A program made the position numbers and the translations under genes. A DNA stretch of 62,318 nt, filler included, from Candidatus Woesearchaeota archaeon (GTDB lineage: Archaea > Nanobdellota > Nanobdellia > Woesearchaeales > JACPBO01): NCBI GenBank assembly GCA_016180285.1. It is 6 parts of 6 records of this genome, joined end to end, with 100 filler letters (N's around TTAATTAATTAA, not from the genome) between each part and the next. Parts side by side here need not be neighbours in the genome. Positions count along the whole stretch, not along the records: positions 29,273 to 53,864 come from JACPBO010000034.1; 5 more parts are not named here. One strand, given 5' to 3'. The first letter of the stretch is position 1; every line of letters begins with the position of its first letter. Below, in pieces: positions 31,501-40,533 of this stretch. The notes below the pieces were generated by a model that saw only the letters and a list, made by a program, of their open reading frames with translations, searched no databases and was not told the origin of the DNA.

Positions 31501-32868
31501 TTGAGTCCAAAACAGGTGGGCAAAACGTTCAAAAAACTGATCAGCCTGTTGTTGATAAGCCTGGTTTTAATGCTGCCTGTAGCTGTCTCTATAGAAACCT
31601 CTTTCAGCCTTTCTTATGATGCAAATGGAAACTTAATCCAGGATACAGACAAATACTACGAGTACAATTCCTTTAATCAACTGGCAAGAGTAAGGGAAAA
31701 CAACCAAAACGGCAGAATTCTTGAAGAATATGCCTATGACTATAATGGAGACAGAATAAAAAAAATAACTTATGATGAAGAAGCAACAATTACGTATTAT
31801 GTTGATGAGAATTTCATAAGGGTTGTAAACAGCTCTGGAACATTTGATACAAAATATCATTATAGTAACGGCCAGTTAATCGCAAGGCAGGATCCGGATG
31901 GAAAGAAATATTACTATCATCCCGACCATCTTGGAAGCACAAATATTGTAACTGATCAGAATGGGGATGTTGTTGAGGAAACAAGCTACGAGCCATTTGG
32001 AGCTGTCCTCGAAGGCGGCGAGAGCAGATTTACATTCACAGGCAAGGAAAAAGATCCAACTGGTCTTTATTATTATGGGGCAAGATACTATTCTCCTGCA
32101 TTGATGAAGTTCACGCAGCCAGACATAGTAATCCAAAATGTTTATGATCCGCAGTCACTGAATAGATATTCTTATGCTAGAAATAATCCGGTGAAGTATA
32201 CGGATCCGAGTGGAAATATTGTGGATACGTTTTTGGATGTTGGTTTTATAGGGTGGGATATTTGGGACATAATATGGAAACCAAAATCCTTAACCAATTG
32301 GGGTGCTTTAGGAGCCGATGTAGCTGCTCTTTTTATTCCATTTGTAACTGGCGCTGGATTAGCGATAAAAGTTGCTTCAAAGACTGATGATGTTGTGAAG
32401 GTTGTAAGAGCCGCCGACAAGGTAAAAGATGTTAAAAAATTATTCAAAGCCGCCGATAAAGCGAACGATGCTGTTAAAACAATGAAAGAGGGCGGTAAAA
32501 TAGTGGACATTGGAAAAAATGGAAGAAAATACACAAGAACGGCCAATGATATGGCGTATGGCGATAATGTTAAAGGCGCACTAGATGACGCGTTCAAAAA
32601 AACAGGAATTGACCAAAAACGTGACGTATCGCGAATAGAGCTTGGAAAAAATGGAAAAGAATTGCCAGTTGAATGGAAAAATGCTGAAGGTGCTAAGGTC
32701 AATGTAGATGTAGGTCACATAAACCAAGGTCCTGTTAAACCTCATGTTGGTTGGGAAACTGCTGGAAAACGAAATATCGGTGAAGGAATCAGGGGCCACA
32801 ACATTTTAGATATAAATCCTAAAGCGGTGAGAAATCTGGATGAGTATGAAAAATATTTATGGGAATGA
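31501..32868 (+). CDS. Short Rhs protein: signal peptide + last YD repeats + Rhs core + Ntox47-like RNase toxin
   Basis: YYHPDHLGST, FTGKEKD..GLYYYGARYY, NPVKYTDPSG (ending ~32214), hydrophobic pre-toxin segment, then ALDDAFKKTG...GKELPVEW...GAKVNVDVGH...GP..PHVGW.T.GKR...RGH.ILD. Exact start uncertain. Confidence 0.88.
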   Translation: MSPKQVGKTFKKLISLLLISLVLMLPVAVSIETSFSLSYDANGNLIQDTDKYYEYNSFNQLARVRENNQNGRILEEYAYDYNGDRIKKITYDEEATITYYVDENFIRVVNSSGTFDTKYHYSNGQLIARQDPDGKKYYYHPDHLGSTNIVTDQNGDVVEETSYEPFGAVLEGGESRFTFTGKEKDPTGLYYYGARYYSPALMKFTQPDIVIQNVYDPQSLNRYSYARNNPVKYTDPSGNIVDTFLDVGFIGWDIWDIIWKPKSLTNWGALGADVAALFIPFVTGAGLAIKVASKTDDVVKVVRAADKVKDVKKLFKAADKANDAVKTMKEGGKIVDIGKNGRKYTRTANDMAYGDNVKGALDDAFKKTGIDQKRDVSRIELGKNGKELPVEWKNAEGAKVNVDVGHINQGPVKPHVGWETAGKRNIGEGIRGHNILDINPKAVRNLDEYEKYLWE

Positions 32869-33428
32869 TTAAAATGACAAATAAAATAAAATTCATGAGA
32901 GTCGGAAGACATCTCGTAAGAAGGAATGATGAATTAAAAATATGGGTGGAAAGAGAAAAAATTAAAGGTATATCCATTTTGAATAAAAACAAATCTCTGA
33001 AATTAAGGAAAAAATTTGTTAAATCTTTTCTAAAGCACGGTTCTGAGAAAGATTGGGATTTGAGCATGTATTGGGACGTTTTTAATGATGATTCTGAAAT
33101 ATTTTCTGAATTGGTAGAACCTAAAAAAAGCATTGATGTTGTAAGTAAACTTATTGAAAAATTTAATTTTTTACATCAACATAAAATTTTCTTAATGTTG
33201 CCTGTGACTGATGACATTAGGATAGCGGTTTTTGAATATAAGAATCTGAACTATATTTTAGGTGAAACAGGGCTAGGCGATATTTATGTTTTTGATGAAT
33301 CTTTTCAATGGACTATATGTATAAACCACCACGATTTTGTAATATTTTTAGATAAACAAAAACAATATGTTGAGAAAAAAGAAAAACAATTAAGCAAAGA
33401 ACAAATGAAGAAATTCAGATTAAAATGA
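32859..33428 (+). CDS. Putative cognate immunity protein (DUF4275-like)
   Basis: Overlaps the toxin stop, AT-rich; LRKKF...YWDVF and DIYVFDESFQWT..INH motifs. Confidence 0.65.
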   Translation: MGMIKMTNKIKFMRVGRHLVRRNDELKIWVEREKIKGISILNKNKSLKLRKKFVKSFLKHGSEKDWDLSMYWDVFNDDSEIFSELVEPKKSIDVVSKLIEKFNFLHQHKIFLMLPVTDDIRIAVFEYKNLNYILGETGLGDIYVFDESFQWTICINHHDFVIFLDKQKQYVEKKEKQLSKEQMKKFRLK

Positions 33429-33714
33429 GCCACTACTTGCAAACATTCAAAGAATTATTGGAAAAATATTTGAAAGGTAGCTTAATAGGTAATGAATTTT
33501 ACAAAGCATTTAGCAAATATCTCTATGATGAGACTTTGAAACCTCAAAATGCCAAAGAATTCAATATAATTGAAAACTTGTGGGGATATCTTGATATTTA
33601 CGAGCCAAATAAGAAAAAAGGGCAGGATATGATGTTTTGATAGGAGATGATAGACTAAGGCAAGTTATTGAAGAAGCATTAGAAAAAATAAAAAAACTAG
33701 AAAATGCAAAATAA
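33425..33714 (+). CDS. Colicin-D-immunity-like helical protein (1-nt frameshift in A-run at ~33615)
   Basis: LLEKYLKGSL..NEF...IIENLWGYLDIYEP continues in another frame as ...IGDDRLRQVIEEALEKIKKLENAK*. Confidence 0.6.
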
Positions 33715-34165
33715 AACGATAAAAGATAAAGACAAGTGGAAAATGAGAGATCTGGTTAGCTTCAGAATCAGAAAGGATGAAGTTGTCGAGATTATAAAAG
33801 GAACCAGTTATTTAGGGATCTTCATAGCCATCTTAACTTTAGTTGCTACATTTTTTGTAACGCCTTTGTTATTTGGTCCTTTGGACATTACAGCACAGAT
33901 TATTAACACATTTGGCGCAGTAATTATTTTGCTGTTGAGCATAGGTATTTACTTCAAGAACAGATTTTGTGCAATAGCCTTATTGATAATTTATGTGATA
34001 GATACACTTTCTTTATTTATAATGCCGTTTATTAGCAATTTTAGTGTAGAAAAATATAGTGTAGTAATATCGGGAATAGCAGTACATATTTTCTTTTTGT
34101 TTTATTTTATAAAAGGAACAAAAGCTGTTTTTGTTTATCGCAAATATATAAAAATCCAAAAATGA
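33704..34165 (+). CDS. 4-TM membrane protein
   Basis: Four hydrophobic helices; overlaps both neighbouring genes. Confidence 0.7.
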   Translation: MQNKTIKDKDKWKMRDLVSFRIRKDEVVEIIKGTSYLGIFIAILTLVATFFVTPLLFGPLDITAQIINTFGAVIILLLSIGIYFKNRFCAIALLIIYVIDTLSLFIMPFISNFSVEKYSVVISGIAVHIFFLFYFIKGTKAVFVYRKYIKIQK

Positions 34166-37100
34166 AACTAAAAATTAGCATAAACAGAATATTTGCAATC
34201 CTCGTAATTTTGTTAGTTGTATCTACATCGGTCTCTTTCGCACAGGAAACAGCTGCTGTTGAAAAAGCCAACGATCTTAATAATGAGGTCACCGATATTG
34301 TGCATTATTCAGATGGCACCGACCCTCCTCTAACAACTACTGAAGAAAATACTGGCGCTTTTGATTTCAGCATATTTGGCAGCGAAGTTCAAACTCAAGC
34401 AGTTGCGGAAATCACATCAGCAAGCATAGCATCTGCTACTCAGCCAACTGTGATTAGCAATGCTCAAAAAGGCATCTCAATTGCAAACACATTAAACAAA
34501 TTCGAGCCAAAAGGCCAGTATTACACTGACTTATTTACAGGCTCTGCAACTTACAGCTTCGGCCTTGAAGTTCCGCCAGGAGTCAATGGCTTGGAACCAA
34601 GCATAACGCTAAGCTACAACCACCATCAATCAGGATCAAGAGGCATCTTGGGAAGCGGTTGGGGCTTAAGCCAAGATTTCATCTACCGCGATATAAAATA
34701 CACAAGATCCGACACATCTGATGACAAGTTTATCCTGCATTTAAATGGAATGAATTTAGAATTAGTTTATGTTCCCTCAGAAAACAGATACCACACAGAA
34801 ATCGAAAGCTACCTATACATTAAGAAAGAAACTGGTGGAAGCAATCAGAAAGGCGAATATTGGACAGTCAAGGCAAAAGACGGAACAACCTACAGGTTCG
34901 GATATAATGCAGACTCAGAGCTTGTTTCAAATCAGGAAAGCTATGTAAGCGCATGGCATCTTGACTCGGAAACAGACACGCACGGCAATACAATAAGCTA
35001 TAATTATCTTGAAAATCCTTCGCCTGACCAAGCAACATACCTAAACACTATAACTTACAATAATGGTGCAAATACAATTATGTTTAATTATAATTTCAAT
35101 GCCCAAAATGGTTTTGACGGCTATTCATACGGGACAAAAATAAAACAAACTGCCTTATTGAATAACATAGAAGTAAAAAACAGTAACAAGCTTGTGAGAA
35201 AATATATCTTCGATTATGACACAATAGATTACAAAAAATTCCTGAAAAAGATAAGGCAGCAAGGCAGCGATGGCGTTTCAGAACTGCCGCCTGTTGGATT
35301 TGAATATAATGTTCCTAATACAGGATGGGCTGAAAGCATCTCTTGGGCTGTGCCTTCTGAAGCTTATTTTGGAAGCGATAAAGATATGGGAGTCAGAATT
35401 TTAGACATAAACGGAGACGGCTTCAGCGATATCTCAAAAATGTACAATTCAGGAAATTTTGAATACTGGATGAACAGTAAAAATGGATGGAGTTCAAAGC
35501 AAACACAGAGCAATCCTATTTCAGAAGGCTTTGTAAATGACTTGGGGCAGGACCAAGGTGTCAGGCTCGTAGACATAAACGGCGATACGAGGGCAGATAT
35601 GCTGCAGATGCTTGGCGGTTCAGCCGGTGTCGGCAGGTTAGTTTTCAATAAAGGAAATGGCTGGGTTCAAGGCAGCACTTCAATGCCTGCTGGCATCAGC
35701 TTTACAGAAAGAAATGTTGTAACAACATCATGCACGCCTTCTTATTGCCCTTCAGGTTATACTGATGGAGGTATAAGTTGCTCTGGAACTACTTGCACAA
35801 GAACTTGTATGGTTGCTTTATGTTCTGGCGCAGGAACAGTTGTTTTTACAGACACAACATATCCTGAATGGAATGATAATGACTATGATGAGGAGGATAC
35901 TGGAACTTATTTTTATCCGCAAGCAAACAAATGCTATAAGTTTGAATATACAGGCAGCTCAAAAACGCAAAGTGACGATTCTGAATGTTATGACCTGTAC
36001 ACGGACGATGCTTATTATTCTGGCGATTATGACCGAGATTGTACTGGAAGAGACCTTGACGCATATGCAGGAATTGGTTTTGCAGGAAGCAAGACTTCAT
36101 CCACATGGCTGCAAACAGTCCCTGGCGATGGTTCAAATGGCTATATCGGTTATGCAGATAATTCATATTGGCGTTACAGATACCTTTCAAAATACGACAC
36201 CGATACTGTTCCAGACCAAAGCGGCTCAAATGCAGGAGATTGGGATGGCTTCAATTATGTGATTTGTGATGAAGCAGGCACGTATACAATTTACTGCGCA
36301 CCCTCATATGGATCATGCAGCAACTGGGGTAAATCGCAATGCGGGTATGGTTGTGCCAGTGAAAGAACAAGCGCTTTTGTAGTTTTGGGCATTTATAAGG
36401 ACTATAACGGCAACTTATGGGACGCTCTTGATGACAACGAACCAGGATGCTCAAGTTCTATGGTTAAAGATAATGATTATTTTGGTTATGGAAATTACAG
36501 GGTTACACAATATGATACCTCGATGCAATATGCCAATCAGCAATGCACCTTTTCACCTTATGATTATCAAGATACGGGTGTAAGAGCAGTAGATGTCAAT
36601 AGTGATGGAAAGACAGACGTGATGAAAGGCACAGATGCTGAGAGAAGAACTTGGATAAACACAGGAACTGCCTGGAATGAAGATGCTAGCTGGACTCTTC
36701 CGTCTGATATGCATTTCATCAGCTTATCTGACAGGAAAGACAGGGGCGTAAGAATAGCTGATGTCAATGGTGATGGCCTGCCTGATCTGATTAAGGGAGA
36801 CGGCTCAACAAGAATAACGTGGGTCAATACAGGAAAAGGATGGCTGCAAGATGATAGCTGGCTTATCCCATCTGGAATTTCATTTACAAATAATGGCGAA
36901 GATACAGGCACTATTCTTGTAGACATAAACGGCGACAGCCTCCCTGACATTGTAAAAAGCGACGGTTCGACAAGAACAGTCTGGATCAACACAGGCAAAG
37001 GCTGGGCTCAGGATAATAGCTGGACAATTCCAAGCGACATAACATTAAAAGGCATTGGCTCTGCAATAGACGACATCAATGGAGACGGAATGCCTGACCT

Positions 37101-40100
37101 GATAAAAGCCACTGATTCGAGCAACAGAAAAACATACACAAACAATGCTGCAAAAGCATATCTTTTGACAGCAATAAAAAACGGGCTTGGAGGCACTATT
37201 ACACTTGACTATAAAAAAATAGCCGAGTTAGACAGCACACATGGCGACGGCATAAACGATCTTGGATTCAGCGGATGGGTTGTAAGCTCAATAACACAGA
37301 ACAATGGCCTGAGCAGCAGCCAGATAATCTCAACAACGAGCTATGATTATTCTGGAGGCTTATACGAGCCAAATGATAAGGAATTCCGCGGCTTCAATTA
37401 TGTGCAGGAAACATTGCCAGACGGAACTGTTGCAAAGCATTGGTTCAACCAGGATAAAGCAAGCAAGGGTCTTGAATACAAAAGTGAAATATTCGATAAA
37501 AATAACAATCCTTACAAAAAAGCTGAAAATGAAATCGCATCAGAAGACAAAGGAGGCTATTACTCTGTAAAATTAGCTTCAACCACAGACTACACTTATG
37601 AGGGCAATTCAGCCAATCCGAAAACAGTAAAAACAGAATTCAGCTACGATTCTTACGGCAACATCATAAAAACATTTTATTTAGGAGATACTTCAACAAC
37701 AGGTGATGAAAAATACATTTACAATGAATACCTTTACAACACAAATGACTGGATCATCGGCAATCCAAAGCACACATATCTGCTGGATAACAATCAAAAC
37801 AAAGTTTCTGAAAGCTGGTTCAGATATGACAATAAGGATTATGACCAAGCTCCAAGCAAAGGCGATCTGACATACAGGACAGACTGGCTGAATACAGGGT
37901 CAAATTTACTGGAAAGCTACAGCTATGATCAATACGGAAATGTTGTAAGCTATACAAATCCGAGAGGCTATACAACATCTTACAGCTATGATTCTACAAA
38001 CACATTCTTAACAAAAGCCACAAATGCAAAAGGCCATCAAGCCAGCTACAGCTATGATGCAGGAACAGGAAACTTATTATCTTTTACTGATCCAAACAGC
38101 TACAAAACAGAATATGTGTATGATGTATTCGGAAGAAAAACAAAAGAAATACTGCCTTATGACAGCTCAACTTATCCTACAACACAGATCCAGTACAGCA
38201 TTGACGGAACAGCTCCTGAAGAAACAAAAGTTATGCAAAGGGAGGAAAGCGGAACATCAAAAACATATGACGCTTACAATTATTATGACGGCTTCGGAAA
38301 TATTGTTCAGACTAAAAAAGAATCTGACTCTTCGCAGCTAATCACGCAGGACAAAACATACGATTCAATGCTAAGATTGAAAGAAGAAACAAATCCTTAT
38401 CTTTCCAGCGCAGGCTACACTTCGCCTTCAACTGATGCTAAAAAGATAAGCTACACTTATGGCACATTAAGCAGGATAACCAAAATAACAAACCCAGACA
38501 ATACAGCCAAAACAACAACATATGATCATTGGAATACTTACATTTATGACGAAAACAGCAACAGGAAAGACTTTGCTTATGATGCATACGGCAATATAAT
38601 ATTTGTCAAAGAGTACAATAATGGTGAGATATATACAACATATTACGCTTATGACTCATTAGGCAATCTGAAGGAAATAACAGATAGCAAAAACAACAAG
38701 ATAAAATATGCTTATGATTCCCTTGGCAGAAAAACCCAGCTTCAGGATCCTGATTTGGGAACATGGAGCTACAGATATGACCAAAACGGCAATCTGATCA
38801 GCCAAACAGACAGCAAAGGCAATTCAATCTCATTGCAGTATGATGAGCTAGACAGGTTAACTATAAAGAGCGCACCTGCTGAAACAATAAATTATTATTA
38901 TGATTCTGGAACAATCGGAGCAATTTCAAGAATAAGTTCGCCAGTATTGGATGCAAGCTTTAATTATAACCAAAGAATGAGGCTCGTAAGCGAGCAAAAA
39001 ATAATCGACGGAACAACATTCAGCACATCTTACTCTTATGATGCAATGGACAGGCTTATATCAAAAACCTTGCCAGATAGTTCCACAATAAGCTATTCTT
39101 ATGATGCGCAAGGCCAGCTTAAGTCAATCAACAACATCCTGTCAGACATAGACTACAATGAACTGGACCAGCCCATACAAAAAGTTTACAATAATGGTTT
39201 AACAACTAATTTTCAATATGATCAAAATAATCATAGGTTGGCAAGGTTAACTACAAGCAATATTCAAGATTTGTCTTATAGCTATGATTATATTGGCAAC
39301 GTAGTTAAAATAGCAGATTATGTGCATAATAAAACAAGTTCATTCCGGTATGATGAATTAGATAGGTTAACTGGTGCTGAAAGTTATTCTGGCACAGCAT
39401 CATTAACAAGCACATCATCATCCCAATTATTTCAATCTGATTTTGAAACAAGCAATAGCTTAGCAAATTGGTTCAAAGGCGGAATGTTGTCAGCAAGCCT
39501 TTCAAGCGCTTCGCCAACTCCGGTAAATGGAAGTTATTCCTTGGCAGTCAGCAGATCCGGTGGAAACCTTTACGATACTTATATGAATTTTACAGCTCAA
39601 AATGCAGGAGTCATAACACTAGAAACAAAAATACTTCCAAGGGGCAATTGGTATTATGGATTTTCAGATGCTTCAAGTTATCCTTTGCAGGGAAAATGTT
39701 ATGAATTTAGCTGTGATGCAAATAACAAGTGGTATTTTTATGATGGCTCCAATTCCATTGATTTAGGCGTTTATGGGTGTCAGGACAAATGGTGGCAGAT
39801 TAAATTCCAAGTAAACTTAAGCAACTCTGCTACCAATGTCGGGGATTGTAGCATTTGGATAAATGGCACAGCTATATTGCACAAGGATTGTCATACAAGC
39901 AATTCGATTTATTGCGATAAAGTTTCAGCATGGTTCAGTTATCATGCCGATACACAAACGAGCTATTATGATGATACGCGGATTTATGTTGAAAATAAAA
40001 GTAGCATTCCGCAAAATGTTTCAAAGATTACAGAAGAAGAATTCAACATTACATACAATTATGACAGCATTGGCAATATAATCAAATTAGTCTCAAAATA

Positions 40101-40509
40101 TCACAATATCTTGTTCCTCTATAGCGGAAGCCCTGTGCATGCCCCTGCCAGCACCATATATCAAAATATGACTATAGAACAATTCAGCCTCAAAGACAAC
40201 TTTGGCAATGCTGTAGCCAGATTTGATGTTTTGGGTAATTTATGGCTAAAAGGAACCTTACAGCAAATCTCAGGTTATACGGCAACAAACAATGATGAAT
40301 TCAGATTTCAAAACAGAAACGGCAATGATGTTGCAATAATAGACTTAATTAACGGCAAGATGTATATTCGTGGCACTTTATTTGAAAAACAAAACAGTTT
40401 AATCCCAACAGATTACAATTTCATAATAAAAGATGGCAATGACCAAGTAGTTGCATTTATTGATGAATCAGGCAATATACTCCTTAAAGGAACATTAAGT
40501 ACAGGTTAA
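34162..40509 (+). CDS. Large secreted SpvB/FG-GAP/TcdB-midN/YD-repeat (Rhs cage) protein without Rhs core
   Basis: Signal peptide; DLFTGSATY..LEVPPG..GLEP.ITLSY (SpvB-like); DINGDG propeller repeats; EFRGF; many YD.GR/GN repeats. Ends at HAP plus three beta repeats; no DHLGS, GARYY or DPxG. Confidence 0.9.
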   Translation: MKLKISINRIFAILVILLVVSTSVSFAQETAAVEKANDLNNEVTDIVHYSDGTDPPLTTTEENTGAFDFSIFGSEVQTQAVAEITSASIASATQPTVISNAQKGISIANTLNKFEPKGQYYTDLFTGSATYSFGLEVPPGVNGLEPSITLSYNHHQSGSRGILGSGWGLSQDFIYRDIKYTRSDTSDDKFILHLNGMNLELVYVPSENRYHTEIESYLYIKKETGGSNQKGEYWTVKAKDGTTYRFGYNADSELVSNQESYVSAWHLDSETDTHGNTISYNYLENPSPDQATYLNTITYNNGANTIMFNYNFNAQNGFDGYSYGTKIKQTALLNNIEVKNSNKLVRKYIFDYDTIDYKKFLKKIRQQGSDGVSELPPVGFEYNVPNTGWAESISWAVPSEAYFGSDKDMGVRILDINGDGFSDISKMYNSGNFEYWMNSKNGWSSKQTQSNPISEGFVNDLGQDQGVRLVDINGDTRADMLQMLGGSAGVGRLVFNKGNGWVQGSTSMPAGISFTERNVVTTSCTPSYCPSGYTDGGISCSGTTCTRTCMVALCSGAGTVVFTDTTYPEWNDNDYDEEDTGTYFYPQANKCYKFEYTGSSKTQSDDSECYDLYTDDAYYSGDYDRDCTGRDLDAYAGIGFAGSKTSSTWLQTVPGDGSNGYIGYADNSYWRYRYLSKYDTDTVPDQSGSNAGDWDGFNYVICDEAGTYTIYCAPSYGSCSNWGKSQCGYGCASERTSAFVVLGIYKDYNGNLWDALDDNEPGCSSSMVKDNDYFGYGNYRVTQYDTSMQYANQQCTFSPYDYQDTGVRAVDVNSDGKTDVMKGTDAERRTWINTGTAWNEDASWTLPSDMHFISLSDRKDRGVRIADVNGDGLPDLIKGDGSTRITWVNTGKGWLQDDSWLIPSGISFTNNGEDTGTILVDINGDSLPDIVKSDGSTRTVWINTGKGWAQDNSWTIPSDITLKGIGSAIDDINGDGMPDLIKATDSSNRKTYTNNAAKAYLLTAIKNGLGGTITLDYKKIAELDSTHGDGINDLGFSGWVVSSITQNNGLSSSQIISTTSYDYSGGLYEPNDKEFRGFNYVQETLPDGTVAKHWFNQDKASKGLEYKSEIFDKNNNPYKKAENEIASEDKGGYYSVKLASTTDYTYEGNSANPKTVKTEFSYDSYGNIIKTFYLGDTSTTGDEKYIYNEYLYNTNDWIIGNPKHTYLLDNNQNKVSESWFRYDNKDYDQAPSKGDLTYRTDWLNTGSNLLESYSYDQYGNVVSYTNPRGYTTSYSYDSTNTFLTKATNAKGHQASYSYDAGTGNLLSFTDPNSYKTEYVYDVFGRKTKEILPYDSSTYPTTQIQYSIDGTAPEETKVMQREESGTSKTYDAYNYYDGFGNIVQTKKESDSSQLITQDKTYDSMLRLKEETNPYLSSAGYTSPSTDAKKISYTYGTLSRITKITNPDNTAKTTTYDHWNTYIYDENSNRKDFAYDAYGNIIFVKEYNNGEIYTTYYAYDSLGNLKEITDSKNNKIKYAYDSLGRKTQLQDPDLGTWSYRYDQNGNLISQTDSKGNSISLQYDELDRLTIKSAPAETINYYYDSGTIGAISRISSPVLDASFNYNQRMRLVSEQKIIDGTTFSTSYSYDAMDRLISKTLPDSSTISYSYDAQGQLKSINNILSDIDYNELDQPIQKVYNNGLTTNFQYDQNNHRLARLTTSNIQDLSYSYDYIGNVVKIADYVHNKTSSFRYDELDRLTGAESYSGTASLTSTSSSQLFQSDFETSNSLANWFKGGMLSASLSSASPTPVNGSYSLAVSRSGGNLYDTYMNFTAQNAGVITLETKILPRGNWYYGFSDASSYPLQGKCYEFSCDANNKWYFYDGSNSIDLGVYGCQDKWWQIKFQVNLSNSATNVGDCSIWINGTAILHKDCHTSNSIYCDKVSAWFSYHADTQTSYYDDTRIYVENKSSIPQNVSKITEEEFNITYNYDSIGNIIKLVSKYHNILFLYSGSPVHAPASTIYQNMTIEQFSLKDNFGNAVARFDVLGNLWLKGTLQQISGYTATNNDEFRFQNRNGNDVAIIDLINGKMYIRGTLFEKQNSLIPTDYNFIIKDGNDQVVAFIDESGNILLKGTLSTG

Positions 40510-40533
40510 TAAAAATATTTGGAGGCAATAAAA

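Noticed and set aside
34162..40509. Classical ABC/Tc toxin complex or T6SS Rhs effector
   Set aside because: No TcA, PAAR or VgrG genes; both Rhs parts have Sec-type signal peptides.
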